From Balanoglossus misakiensis (Eukaryota > Animalia > Hemichordata): a DNA stretch of 64,000 nucleotides. Shown here one piece after another: positions 1 to 13,492 of the stretch (position 1 is its first letter; each line of letters begins with the position of its first letter). The notes under the pieces were generated by a model, which had not been told where the DNA came from, made no database searches, and worked only from the letters and a program-made list of their open reading frames with translations. Where the stretch lies: assembly GCA_040954595.2 (NCBI GenBank), contig CM082594.2:11670885-11734884 (forward strand), in the 5' to 3' direction. A program made the position numbers and the translations under genes.

Positions 1-2385
1 CCAAGAGTTTCCACCTTTATTGGTTAGGTCGTAACCTTATATTGTTTTTGGATAGCTCATCTCATATTGTGCATCAGCTGGGGTTCCAACAATGTACATA
101 GCATTAAAGGTGCACAGTCACTAAGAGAGACGATGCAGTTAACATTTACGACCGGACGTGACTATCCGAGTTTTTTCTTATCGGGTTAACAGTGCATGTC
201 AAGCACGTGACTTGCCAAAGTGACATTTTCGAAAGCGGTTGTTTCGTTGTAAAACATTTCATGGCAATCTGTTTCCATCGCAGGCTTGATCCAGGCATAT
301 TGTGACTGATAAAGCAGGTCTTGTTTAATACATGGTTTATCGCCAGTGAATTTTTGCTCAAGACTGGCAACGGTCTACCCCAAGAATATAATGTCCGCAC
401 ACGGTAGCTTCACTCAAGCACTTTGTTGAACTATTTTAGATCTTCGTCATCGAGGCATATACAAATGCATTGACGTCAAAGACTGTGGCATCCTGTCATT
501 ACAAACTATATCTTGCATGGTGAACAGTGGTGACCTTCGTTGATTTGAAACACGATGATTTTACGTCAAATCTAGATTTGCGAGTTTTTTAAAGCACTGA
601 CTTGTCAAATGTTCACAAACCGTGAAATTATTTTGTTGATATTTTTGCAATGAAAATAATCGTCATGTGTACTGACAACGTGTATTTACCCAGTGATTTG
701 TAGTCTGCTCGAACAACGTTCATGAAAAACAGGAAAAGATTTGCCTAGCATTTTAGGAGTTTCCGCTGTACTTTTTTTCAGATGACAGAGAAAATTTGAA
801 ACACGTGGAGCGAATTGAATTTGTCTTTAATGGTAGTTTCGTAACTGTGTCCTGTTTTGACAAGTTAAATGACGTTTACTCTAGAAGCTTCATTGTGTCC
901 ACCACACTTGGCGCCTCTGTCGTAGTATTTAATCATCAGTTTTCCTGACTACCGCCAAGCTATAAAAACTCCAAATTTATTTCTGCGTGGTGGGGTGTTA
1001 TTGAAACGGGGATTGGTTCACGCTCAGCTGTTTCAAAAATGATTTCGCTGAACCCAATTCCAAACATAAGATCGTCCCAATTTTTTCGGCCTCTATTATA
1101 TGCATGTCATTTCGAAGCTACGGGGCAGTACATGCAATTATTGGAATGCCAAAATGTCATCCACTTTCTGAATGCTGTGGTGTAATCTAGAATTAAATAA
1201 TTCAAACCTGGGACTTAAGTATGCACGCCCAAGAGGTATATAGTGGGCATGGGAGCGCGTCCACACATCTTGACTTACGATGCCGTAAATCCACACATAA
1301 TTGCTCGGACGGTACTTCTGAGACACCCCGGGGCTGTTATATCATTTACGTTCTCACTAACTATAGTCAATTTGATCTCACTTCATAGAACGTTGGCAAT
1401 CTTTACCATTTAAAGTGAATTTTCATGCGCACCAAATTAAGGGCATTGTGACATTTAAATGTCAATTTTGACGAATTGTAGCTACGTGCGTTGTTTTGTA
1501 CTGACAAAGATTATATTGCTGCAAAAAGTGATACATTATTGTAAAATGTTTCTCTTTGGTTTTCTAAACCAGTTCCCAAAAAATAATCCGATTTATAATA
1601 AGTGACTCGCGCAAATGAAAGAAATTCCACCTAAGTTGACTTTACATTGGATAAATATAGGTTACCTTGGCACAGTTATATTTTTTTGCCGATATAACTA
1701 ATCCTGGGAATTAAACTAAAACCGGCGCCCCTTAAGTCATTATCGCCTTTTCGGAGAATTCTAATTTCAGAGAGAAAAAACCCAAACAGCCAACGTTTCC
1801 AAAACTTCCTGTTGGTCACTTCGCAATAAACAGAATCCTTCAAGTTGACGCTCGGAGCTACCGGGATACGCGATTCTAGCAAAGTTCTCTGACTGCACAC
1901 ATTCGTGACAGGAATTGACAATGACTTATTTGTTCAGCCACGTCTCCAAGTTTAGTGAAAAAACAGACTACTCAATGTAACTAATATCCTGTAGTTACCA
2001 AAGGGTTTTCTTGTATGTAATTGTTTTCATTCAAACCTCATCAGGTTAACGCCCCTGGTCAAATCTGTCCTTGCCTTGCCTCGTTTAATCTGTTATTGCT
2101 TAAACCTTTCTTGTATTACAAAAACATGTATTCTATAAGGTGTGTGTGTGTTACATACGTTGCCTGGGTGATTCCTTTCCTACGTGCGAATGCAGAAGTA
2201 CCAATCGTTATTACAGCGCCGGATTCAAACATTTATAAGCACCACGAGAGGCTAATGATCCCATTACAAATTCCAACCCTGAGTCATTCACAGTAACAAT
2301 GCGTTGAAGACACGAACAATAAATTAAATAATCTTTTCCAGCAACGCACTTCCAAAGTTTTAAATGAATGAAGCCCAACATAATT

Positions 2386-2678
2386 GAGCGGATGGTTTTG
2401 GCATAATTCTGTGCTGTTATTATTCCCCTTTCTTGCTGCTACCGTGCTTGGGTCATTTTTTACATTAACGCGCATAACTAAGACGTGAATCCATAATAGA
2501 GATTATGGTGGTTTGGTGGACTCTTCAGAAACATAGCGACTAATTTGCACAACAATATAAATCTTAAGTGTGCGGATGTTTTTGGCACATTTCTGTGCTG
2601 CTATTATACCCTGCTTTTGCTGATTGGGCTAATTTTACATTAACTGAAAAGAGAATCCATATTATGGATTATGGTGAT
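2386..2678. repeat. Degenerate direct duplication of about 110-130 bp (copies ~2386-2512 and ~2570-2678)
   Basis: Both copies share, in order, gcggatg(g/t)ttttggca, ttctgtgctg(t/c)tattat, ttttacattaac, gaatccata and gattatggtg. Confidence 0.7.
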
Positions 2679-4675
2679 AGCAGAAAATTTGCCCTTTCAT
2701 AAAACAGACAGTGTCATATAAAAGTTTTTGTAAAAAAACACTGGTTTTGCGTAATCAACGTGTTTTCATTTTTGACCACCTTCCCTTCGATTTATTGGTG
2801 CAGAATTTTGCATCAAAGGTGAACATCCTTTCTTCTGATTTCAAAAAGATTCCCTCCACTCTTTCATATAGCATAGAATTGAAGGGTTGGGAGATAATCT
2901 GCCCCCAAGGAGCGTATAACTTTAACCAAAAGGAAAGAACAGTGTAATCTTCAAGGGGCAGTCAGGACTTTAAACAAACCAGGTAAAATTTATCTTTAGA
3001 GACTCGATAATGATTACCACCTTGCTAGAGACAGCAGGTCAATTGAAGTTGTCCGTCTGGCTTTTATTTCCTCATTTTGTAATCATTACTGGAGATGAGG
3101 TAACACAAGGGTTTATAGTTGCACGAAATGAAGGACGAAAACGTGACTAAGCCTAAATTTCTGTCATCCGGTGATGGTAACACAGTGAGATGTCGCCGTC
3201 TAGACGAAACAGACTGTCTCGTTACCTGTTTTATAGCCGTGATACTGCGACAGAATGCACTCCGAAACACTCTGCTAACGATCTGGAGAGAATATGGGTG
3301 TGCATATTTCATAAAACGTGTATCTTTAAAACTGGGGTGGGGCATTCAAACAGCGGGTTATGAGTTTCATGTCGTGATCGTTATTTTGATTTGGCTGATT
3401 GTTTTTTGTGTGACCTGTCCTCCTTTCCACAAGAACCGGTACGCTGTGTTCTGGGTTCAAATTTTGTGACACACAAGACTTGATGACATATAAGCTGATG
3501 ACAGTGTACAGTATAGGCAAACTGTTCAATTCCCTAACAAAACATATACATGTATCTTTGAAACAAATGTGTTTGTCTATACTGGATGTTGGCTTTGCCA
3601 TTGTTCTGTGATTGGTCTCTTGTACTGTATACTTTGCCATGACAAGGAAACACCGTTCTAAGTTTGCAAACTTTTATCATGTCACGTTACTGTTCGGCCT
3701 TGTTAAAGCTTATAATCTTCTATTTCTGAAGACAGGCCAAGCAGGAGCTCCATATCTGAAACATGTTAGGAATCAATAATTATCTTTTAACGTCTTCTAC
3801 GTGTTTAAGTACCAACTCTTGGTAATGGATTCGGGAATCGTACGTATAATGCATATTGAACTGTTAGTCCTTACGAAGTAATCCGGTCTGTCACGTTTTC
3901 TTGTAAATTGATGTCGTGTCTGCCCTGGGCCAGAATTTTGGTGTTGACGAAGGCGCGCGTGGTTTAAGTGTTTGTGGGACCGTCTGCACTGTTAACAGTA
4001 ATTAACAACAAAATACCGTCTTGCTGTGGCCAGGGGGTTTATTGGAATGTTACTGAGTTGCCTAGCAACTATACGGTGTCTTTGCCAATTTATGAAAATA
4101 ATCTGACGAAATATGTTTCGATAAGAGTCGATGAAGCGAAGCGCTTACACATTTCCTTCGATCTAAGGGGCATTTCTTTGGATAAATGGTTTCCTGTATC
4201 ATTATCGTTCGACGCTATTTTGTTGAAGTCTCGTAATAGAGATAACCCCTTCCATTCAGTTGACAGAATGTGCAGTTGTTGCGATAAGACTTGTTGAGAA
4301 GCCTGAAGAGTTGAAATATTTGCTTCAATCAAAGGCAGATTCATGCAAAATGTAAAACACACATTACAGATGTTTTGAAATCCTGTGCTTTTATTGAAAA
4401 TGAACACATTGCCTAAACTGGCTTTACTGTTTCATTTTCATTCTATGATACATGAGACTCGACTCACACGGGGGTTGATGACAGAGAGCAAAAACCTCCG
4501 TTCGTCGTCCCCATCGTCTTTTCCACAAATGTCCATAAAATCTTTGCACATAGATGCATTTGCCTTCATTAACCCCAGTGTGTAAATGAGAGATACCTTT
4601 TTGAGAAGAACTTCAGAATGTTGACACCTTTGTATCTGTTATTATCTTCTGTTGACAGGGTTTCTTCAATTAAAG

Positions 4676-5731
4676 ATGGAGAACAAAACGAATGTGAGCA
4701 CAGAAGAACCTTTTTTCTTTTTCTTTCCAACCATGGACATGCCAGAGGTTCCAGATGGCTTTGAAATGACGTTGTACTGTATTTTCTTTCTGGTGATTGT
4801 ATCCGGTAACACGTGGGTAATTGTTGCCATCATACGTCAGCCCAAACTTCGAAAGTCGCCCACGAATTGGTTTATCGCCTCCCTCTCCGTATCAGACCTC
4901 ATGGTGGCGTTCTTTCAAATACCGTACCACGTGATATACGAGTATTACCCACAATTCTTCAACTTGCTGAACAGCGATCTCTTCGTGTGCAGGACTTTTG
5001 CGTGGATGCAGTGGACATCGAGGTGCGCAACCGTCTTCTCGCTTCTCGGCATTGGCATCGACCGTTTTCGAGCAATCGTTCAACCTTTAAGACCGAAGGT
5101 CACCCGCAATCAGGCCATGTTCATCATTGCCTGCGTTTGGTGTTTGTCGTTTGGTTACTCCAGCTACAAGCCAATCATGTTTGCACTGGCCCCGTTCACC
5201 AACGGAAACAACGTCACTTCATATTTCTGTGTCATAGCACGGAAATATGTCTACGCCAATTACACCCAAAAGTTCGCCATTATCGATTTTATAGTCATGT
5301 ATCTGGCCCCCTTGCTTGTTATAATAGGGCTGTATTCGGCCATGATTGGCACGTTGTGGTACAGAAAGGCGCCCAGCAATTCATCAAATCGAAACAAAAG
5401 AAAAGCGATTAAAATGCTGTTCCTCGTTGTCGTTCTCTTCGCACTGACCTGGCTACCTCACTATTATTACACTCTCTATTACGCTGTCACGCCGTTCCCC
5501 CAAATCCCGATGTCCATTTTCAGAACGATTTACATCCAATGGTACTTCGCCCACACTTCTTATGTCAGCAACAGTTGCATGAACCCGTTTTTGTATGCCT
5601 ACTTCAACGAGAACTTCCGCACCGAATTTTTTCGCATGTTTCCGTGTCTGCGAAAATGCAGAAAGGGCAATAAAATAGAACCGGGATTCCAGACATACAA
5701 CGACACTCAAGCAATATCTGTAGTCCAGTGA
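4676..5731 (+). CDS. Rhodopsin-like (class A) GPCR, neuropeptide-receptor-like, single coding exon, 351 aa
   Basis: Seven hydrophobic segments with GN (TM1), LSVSD (TM2), IDRF (DRY motif), W in TM4, TWLP (TM6) and NPFLY (NPxxY). N-terminal N-glycosylation sequons NKT and NVS. ATG at 4676 follows a pyrimidine-rich acceptor (cag ending 4658), so the TTG start of the ORF track at 4652 is intronic. Confidence 0.93.
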   Translation: MENKTNVSTEEPFFFFFPTMDMPEVPDGFEMTLYCIFFLVIVSGNTWVIVAIIRQPKLRKSPTNWFIASLSVSDLMVAFFQIPYHVIYEYYPQFFNLLNSDLFVCRTFAWMQWTSRCATVFSLLGIGIDRFRAIVQPLRPKVTRNQAMFIIACVWCLSFGYSSYKPIMFALAPFTNGNNVTSYFCVIARKYVYANYTQKFAIIDFIVMYLAPLLVIIGLYSAMIGTLWYRKAPSNSSNRNKRKAIKMLFLVVVLFALTWLPHYYYTLYYAVTPFPQIPMSIFRTIYIQWYFAHTSYVSNSCMNPFLYAYFNENFRTEFFRMFPCLRKCRKGNKIEPGFQTYNDTQAISVVQ

Positions 5732-6362
5732 TCTTATAGCCATATTCTTAGTAGTAAACCGGTCTTCTCACTTGATAGGCCATGTTTTAGCGTTTTGTGT
5801 GAAGGGTATATTCAAAGAATAGGGAGTAAAATATTTATTGTGAAACACTTACAGGTTAATGTAATTTGTTTTTCAGTGATGTAAAGAGTTTTAAGTAGTA
5901 GCTATAGGGAAACAATTTTGTGTAGTATAATTATTTCCTTTGTTTTACCAACAAGCTCATTCGTATGAACAACCTTCTTCATCCGCATGAGTCAGTCACG
6001 TGACACAACAATACTGATACTATAGAGGATCAAAGGTTATGCTAAAATAGCAAAAATCAGCATTAATGAATACTTACAAATGGTTTTTGAGTAATAGATG
6101 TCAAGAAAGCGGTAGCCGCGTGTTAGAACAACACGTGAAAATCGAAAACTATTACGAGTGCACCATTTGAAACAAAGGGCATTATCATATTTTTGGAAAA
6201 CGTGTAAATATTCAGAAGAGGTATTGTATTTTGTGAAGAATGTTTAGTGGCTTATAAAGAATTTGGAGAAATAGTTTGAAGCCAAATTGGAAGGAATACA
6301 TTGAGAGTAGTAAACGGTGGCAAATATTTAATGCCAGAGTTGAGTATTTAAAACTACATTCT

Positions 6363-7044
6363 AATAAATGGTGCATCACTTGTTATGGCCAGTATGAAAG
6401 AACTGCCTCAGGAACTTGACAAATACTATGTGTACATAGTCATTTTTAAAATCTTCATGTTTTACTTATATTGTTTAAATATTATTGGATAAAATATATA
6501 GATGTTTTCGATCATTAATTTTACTAATACATGTATTTATCACTTACTTATTACTAAGGTGTGACATAAAATTGTCATAATAATTTTTTTCTTCAGATGT
6601 TCACATTAAATAATCACATAGTTTCATTCACCAAGTTGACGTAAAGTTCAACATTTTACCGCATTGAGTACTGCGTTCAGTTTTATTCAAATAAAAGGTG
6701 CGTCTCTGATCATGGCCAGTATGAAAGAATTGCATCATAAAGAGCAACATGTACATAGTTATTTTTAAAATATTCATGTTCATCGTATATTTTTAAATAA
6801 TTGGATGAAATGTATAGACACATACGACAATTTTCATCTTGACAGAAATTTCACCTAACATCTTTATTTGTATTAATAAGTGTATTTATTAATTACGTAA
6901 TACATGTAGTACTTAAGTATGACATCACAGTGTCTTAATAATGTTACCGATTTTCACATTACATTATCTCACAATTTCGTCCACTACATTCACATAAGTT
7001 CCAAATTATACCACATTGATTGTTCGGTTTATTTAGATATAAAT
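6363..7044. repeat. Diverged AT-rich tandem duplication of about 330-350 bp (copies ~6363-6689 and ~6690-7044)
   Basis: Both copies carry, in order, aataaa.ggtgc, atggccagtatgaaagaa, tgtacatagt.atttttaaaat.ttcatgtt, attggat.aaat.tataga, ttcacatta and cattga. Confidence 0.75.
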
Positions 7045-7682
7045 GAGTGAGTAACGATATGCATAATTTTGTCAGGCCAGTAACACAGTAAAGTTGTAGG
7101 TCAGTTTGTGTAGATATATATCACGATTATATTACTGTGTGAGTGACACAGACTTCAGTTGTTTTCTGTACAGAACGTACAGAATGTGTTTCTCAAACGG
7201 TGGAGGTCTTTTTATCACGCAGTGTTTGTGCTTGTGCTCACATTGTATTGTCGGGGTTTGTGCGATGTTTCAATGAATTCAGTTGTTATCAAGAATAAAT
7301 CAATATGTTATGAAAATGTAAATAGCGACCATGTTTTCATTTCTAGATTCAGTCACTTGATTAAAATGTTATGATTAGTTAAAGAGGTATGTGATACATC
7401 ATTTTGTGCGTAGTGTTTAAAACCAGCACAAACTATTTGAGAACCATGCCGCAGCCGACAAACTTTGAGGGACGTCCAGTTTGACGTATCACTGATCAAA
7501 ATTTAAAATTTTGCCTGCAATTTGAGGCTAGGTGATCAACGACGGTGTTGTAGTACTCGACAGGATGACCAAGTCCGTAGCACACCCCCCCCCCCTTTGA
7601 ATTTATACATGTAGCAGGAGGCATTGTCCTCTCACTGGATGTCCCGGATGAAACGCACAGAGGCACAGAGCATACGCGAGCA

Positions 7683-8057
7683 TAGTCTGGTTCCCTGCCC
7701 CAATCCCACCGCTGGCTGCGCTACGCTAAAGGGAAAGGGGTCAGGTACGGCCCGATTTCACACCCAGAAACCTGGGTGTGAAACAAGATGGATGCCTCCA
7801 ATGTCCGTATGCCAGTCAAGATTCATCCAGGCAGTTTATTTTGTTTCGTTTGTTGTAAAGTTGGAAATCGAATGATAAACATTCATGGATGTGAAGGAGA
7901 GAACGGGAAATGAGTATCTTACAACAACTTATCAATTTAACAACTTAATTTTCGTATGTATTGACCAATGAGAGCCATGTTTACAATAGGCCGTGCCTGA
8001 CCCTTTCCCTTTAGCGTAGCGCAGCCAGCGGTGGGATTGGGGCAGGGAACCAGACTA
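7683..8057. mobile_element. Non-autonomous DNA transposon (MITE), 375 bp, ~70-bp TIRs, TAG..CTA termini, 9-bp TSD; AcademH-like
   Basis: Left TIR 7683-7752 (tagtctggttccctgccccaatcccaccgctggctgcgctacgctaaagggaaagggg...) is the reverse complement of 7989-8057. The first 57 bp are identical, followed by one indel and one mismatch. Direct repeat acgcgagca flanks it at 7674-7682 and 8058-8066. Confidence 0.92.
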
Positions 8058-8896
8058 ACGCGAGCAGAACAAGACTGAACCGAACGGCGAGAGTTTAGCA
8101 GTTTTTTACCATATCTAGCCAACTTTACAAGCGATACTGGCATGTACTTTGAGTATACAACTTTGCAAAGAGCCAGAGTTAGACAGCAATACCTGGAATA
8201 CACCAGAGGTTGACTCGCGACCGATATATTATAGCCGTGCATCGTGGATGTAGAAGGTAAAGGCGTCATTTGACCATTGTGTAATCTGAAGCAACACGCG
8301 TGTCGACCCTCGAAACTCAATGGATACCTTCATAACACGCTCCAGTTGCAGGGAAGCCATTTACCGAAGAGAAGAACAGAGTTTAAGTGCGATAGTTTGT
8401 GGGTAAGTGTATCTTATATTATCTCACGAAAGCTTTATATTCATGATGGGAAACGTGAACGTGTGATGTGTGCATCCTTTTCATTCATGTCAACGGTTTA
8501 CACGAATTCCCACTCAGAGACACGCGGATGCGTTCCACCTGTGGTATATCTTGAATATATTATTTTCATGAGACGACCAATCAGATTGCTGCATTTGTAC
8601 CATCGACCTCTGAGCTGCGCGCAAGCATTAGGGTCACGTTTTGTTCATCTGTTTCAGAATACTAAAAGAGAAATCGCCAATCACAAGGGCCGTAGACTAA
8701 AACTAAGTAATTCTCCGCACTTCATATTGTATTGAAGCTGGAATAGTATAACCCGGAGAGATGCTATTCTGAATACACCATGTTACCCGTCACCATATTC
8801 TGTACGGATGCTTCTCTTCGACTATTCACGTTGAATTATGTTGCTTCGTACATTTTAGATTGTTAGCGTTTTCAGTCCAGTATAGGACATTTCCCG

Positions 8897-11800
8897 CTAC
8901 AAATCTCTTTTAATCATGTCGGCCCCCTTTTCAGCTATCATGATGACAGGGGCGTTGATGTTACCAGACGTTAGGTGTGGCATAACAGACGCGTCGACAA
9001 CACGAACATTATCCAGACCGCGCACCCTGCAATACCATTAAAAAGAATTCGTTAGACTAACATGATTCTTATAAATAAATGAAAGTGTCCGTGGGAAAGA
9101 TATCTCGATGGTATTAATATTTTAGATTAATGTTTGAGTATTTATATCTGTAGAATAGATTGTTATCACTATTCGCGATAATGTTCATGGTAACCAATGC
9201 CATTGTAACTGATGCAATGGATGATATTATTCATTGGAAATATATTTGATGGGCGACTTATTCAAAAGAAACGACTCGCCAAGTCTGTGCCTTCGGCCAA
9301 TGGCGTGGATGATATGCACAGTGTATTATTGCCAAGTACACATTGTAAGCTGTTCGATAAGCAAAGTTAACTTTTTATCAACTTTGTTATGACATATTGG
9401 ATTTTTACCTGAGCGTTGGGTCCACCACCGCCGAAGGGTCATCCTTCGCGCCCATTTTACACGTGCCGCACACGTGCCAAATCGTCAGTGTCAGGTGGCG
9501 AATGACGTGCTCCCAGTATTTGTCACTATCGAACTCATGGGGGCAGTTGTCAAATTTGAAATATGATGGAATGAACCTGGTGAAAAATGGAGAGGTCGCA
9601 TTCAATCTGACTGAAGGGCCCATATCTTTCTTTCTCTGTCTCTCTCTGTTTGTTTGTCTCTGTCTGTCTGTCTCGCGCTCTGTCTGTACCTCGTTCCTTC
9701 TTTCTCTGTCTGTCTGTCTGTCGACATCAATCAATCTCTCTCTCATTACATCAAAATGAAAAGTAATAACATACCCGTAATCACTGAAAGCTTTTGTGCT
9801 TGCTAGCTTCTGAATAACACGGATTCCCTGAAATACAAAAAAGAATATTACCAGTTCAGTTCCAACCAAGTTCTGCCCGATAGATAACATCACATAAATG
9901 AATCATATGAATCATATTACTCACTCGAATCATCGTCTTTACATCATCCGGGTCTTCCAGATAGCAAGGATCTAGTAAGGGTTGGTCCAACGGGTTTTGG
10001 CTTTTCAGCCTCACTGTGCCAAGGCTCTTGGGATGCAACAGTCCCGGTTGGAAAGACACCCCTTCTTTGGAAGCCAAGTCACAGGAAGTATACTCCAGCG
10101 CTTTGTCAAACCTGTGTATACACCCTTTTCATAAGTCTAGCGCTCTCACGCAGCCATCATGAATTTGAACTCAAAGTGAGGCCAATGGGGTAATCCCCTT
10201 GATGTCCAAGATAGTGTAATTATGAGTGTTGTTAGGTTTGTCAGTCCGTGCATTCAGTATGAGTATATACAAAGTAAACAAACTACAGAATACTTACTCA
10301 TCGCGAAAGTTGCAAACTTCCTTTTCATCGGGTCCGAAATAATAGCATGGCGAGTAGTAGATCTGAATGTCTGGCCATGGAATGTTCTCCTGTGAAATGA
10401 GACAAAGTTTTGTAGATTCAACATACGTGGTGCATCTTGCACACTTGGACACTTTCACATAGAAAGAAAATACGCCATCACCGTCAATAAATGCCAAATT
10501 ATATAAGTTAATGTCGTCTTGCAAAAAATGATAACCCCTTGATAATATTCGACATTGAAAAATCTTTATGTTACTAACTTCATTCACTTTGTTCACAGTG
10601 ACCTTATGGGCGTTGGACAAGAACAAGACGAGCTTCAATTGAGGTGAGTTTATTCAAATATTCATTCCAAACCAAAGCAAGAATTGGGTAATAATAAAAA
10701 AGGGTTTTTTACTTTATAGGAAGCGTTTTATAACTGTATAATGCCAACCTTATTTTGTGGGTTCAGAATAACACTGCCCAAGGCTCATGTCTAAGGCATA
10801 AATGAGTAACGTTACCTCAGTCTTGAGAAATCCAGTAAGTTCGATAACGTTTGATGATAGCCAATCCTACAATGATAAAGGGTGAATTTACCCAAATAAT
10901 AATTTAAGATGACAGGCGTACAAAGGTCATTGAAGATAATTTACAAGTTTGTATCCCCCTACAAAATCGTGGACAGACCCTTAGGCTGTTGTAGTCTAGT
11001 CGTATAATTTAAGCTGTAATAAATTATGTATTGAAATCAGTACTCACCTCCGAAATACCTCCACCAGTTACAGTTGCCTGACACTTCATAATCGTCAAGA
11101 TGTGATCCTGAAAAGATAAAAAGTATATAACTAACGCACCCTCATCTAAACACTTTCAATTATACGCCAAATTAAACTTATGAATGGATAGCCATGAATG
11201 AAAATGTTTTCTTGATGCCATGATTCAGCTTGAACGGCCGGTCGTCAGGTGAACTCACCTGCATATTGTCACCTACAGGAAGGTCGCACACCACGGGTAT
11301 TCCCAATTCTTCCAGGTGGGCTCGTGGTCCAACACCAGACAACATTAACAGCTTTAAAGAGAAAACAATCCCTTTTAGGGTGGCCAGACATTCTCAAATC
11401 AATATGACTATTATCCGAAATTGTAAATAAAATGTAAAATACTCTCCCAATTTGAATGGAGTCCACCCACCTGGGGAGATGCCACGGACCCAGCCGATAA
11501 TATGAGTTCCTTGTTGACGCGTACACATCCAGTTTGTCCATCTTTAAGGAATTCCACATAAGTCGCTTTTTTCTCTTGAAACACAATCTGTAACACGCAT
11601 AATTGTCAGGATGTAACTTTCGATTGAATAAGCAGGCCTTAAGAGGTGCATTTTAATTTTCGATTTAAACGCACGCCTCATGTTCCCAGTCAATAGTCTA
11701 AGAAAATGTAATCTTCTATTGGTTTTTACTTTTTCATCAATTTATTTGCTCGATATTTTTGTTCGTTCAACGAGCACTTTACTCCATATGAATCACTGTC

Positions 11801-13492
11801 GCTTGGAGAAATTGATTTGTAAAAGCCCACACGATCTAAAGAAAATAATTTCAGGGATTTTACTTTTGTGGCTAATGTCTCTGTCCAGATGGTCAAATTT
11901 GTCCTCGTCTTCACTGGGTTCAGGAAACCCACAGCTGTGCTGCAGCGATTACCGTCTTTAATTGTGGCTTGGATGTAATTGAAACCAACCTGGACAAAAA
12001 AAACAATATTGTCAAAAAATTCACAATATTTTTGCATATTATTTTGGAAACATACTTTAGCAATCTGCAGCAGTATAGTAAGCCACTGCACGAGATACTT
12101 TGAGATACTCACCGGGTCTATACAATTGTTGGCGTCGTTTATCTTGAAGCCAAGTTCTCTTGCTGTGGATAAATAATGGTGAGAACATAGAAACAGCAAA
12201 ACAAATATCTCAATTTGTAAATAATGGTTATCGCAAGTGATCTGGACGCGCGAGGAAAACTGTCAATAAAGGATGACTGATAGCCATGGTAACATCTCTC
12301 CGAAGTCAGGGGGGATAAAGTCCTTACCTCCTTCAATGACAACTTTGCCGTATTCACATCTCGGAGAAACATCAGATACGGTCAATGGACCTCCTGAAGC
12401 ATGGTAGTCAGTTTTCAAATATTCCTCACTAGGAAAAATATAGAGAGAATGCACACAAGTGGCCATAACAGGCAAATGTCTAGAAAACATAAAACAGATC
12501 GCGTCTATTAACTGTAAACAGATACACGAAGATACGTGGGCAGTGGATACGTTGGCAGTATTGTTGTTGTTGTGGTGGTGGTGTCGTCATCGTCTCTGTG
12601 TCGATCATGACATTTACCTAGTGTTGTTTTCCGATTTGAGAAAGTATGGCAGTACTTCATCATAACTCCATCCTTCTGCTCCAAGTCTTGCCCAGGAATC
12701 ATAGTCTTCCTTGCATCCCCGAACATACTGCATTCCATTAATACTGCTAGAACCACCAAGGACCTTTAAGCACATAGTGATATAATCGTGATTTTAGAAT
12801 TAAGGGATACGGCTGGTTTAACATGGTGGTGCAACAACTGTGTATTACACTGTACATCATGGCAAACAGTACATTGTGACTTTTTATCACATTTCCAGTG
12901 TTCTTTTACATAAAATATATTGGTTGACTTGATCTCCTTGCACAGTACTAAGAACAATACTGGTGGTGTGTCACGCATGTGCAGTTCAGACGACCCTCCA
13001 CTTTGACACGTCTTCATTCTTACCTTTCCTTTGCTCCACATGCAACAGTTGTCTTTCATTGCAAAACAGCCATTCTTTTGAGGTACAGTCTGCAAAGGGT
13101 TAGATAAAGCAACGTTTAGTCCCTGTAAACAGTGTACACAGGAATACGTGGATACTTCCAGGATTTAAATTCTTATAAGTACCAAAATTGGTTGTTCATG
13201 TACACACAAACACATACACACACCACACGCCACACACACAGACGGACGGACAGACAGACAGACGGGATGATTGGCTAACACATAAACGCACCTGATACTG
13301 CCAGTCTACTTCCGTGCCTAAAAGTGTGTCGGCTTTGATCGGTATGTGGATGTCAGGCTTCGTATCCTCGGGACCAGCTTCCAATAACAGAACACTGATG
13401 TTCTCATTTTCTGACAAACGATTTGCGAGCACGCAGCCAGCGCTGCCAGCTCCGATGATCACCAGGTCAAACTCGTCCTTACCGTCCGCCAT
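8897..13492 (-). CDS. GMC (glucose-methanol-choline) FAD oxidoreductase, 15 coding exons, about 546 aa
   Basis: Hand-spliced GT-AG exons with consistent phase: 13492-13292, 13089-13024, 12763-12618, 12428-12328, 12162-12113, 11989-11864, 11587-11471, 11351-11259, 11107-11048, 10866-10816, 10389-10298, 10111-9925, 9827-9775, 9576-9409, 9026-8897 (1641 nt). Motifs: [11 protein letters not shown] (FAD Rossmann fold), [59 protein letters not shown] (catalytic His) and [26 protein letters not shown] (catalytic Asn). Confidence 0.93.
9626..9745. repeat. Imperfect (TC)n/(TCTG)n microsatellite in GMC intron 13
   Basis: Runs of tctc and tctgtctg are visible directly. Confidence 0.8.
13201..13263. repeat. 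Imperfect (CA)n/(GACA)n microsatellite in GMC intron 1
   Basis: tacacacaaacacatacacac...cacacacacagacggacggacagacagacagac. Confidence 0.75.

Noticed and set aside
104-860. Possible Kolobok-like element starting TTAAAGGTGCACAGTCAC
   Set aside because: The only candidate right end (gtaactgtgtcctg at ~841) is too degenerate and lacks a TTAA, so it cannot be supported without a repeat library.
146-4585. Short ORFs of 60-116 aa in the first 4.6 kb
   Set aside because: No recognisable motifs or consistent exon chain. The region is probably intergenic or GPCR 5' intron sequence.
4813-5412. 199-aa overlapping ORF inside GPCR 1, and similar shadow ORFs over other genes
   Set aside because: These are off-frame or antisense to well-supported CDSs, have non-ATG starts, and show no domain motifs.
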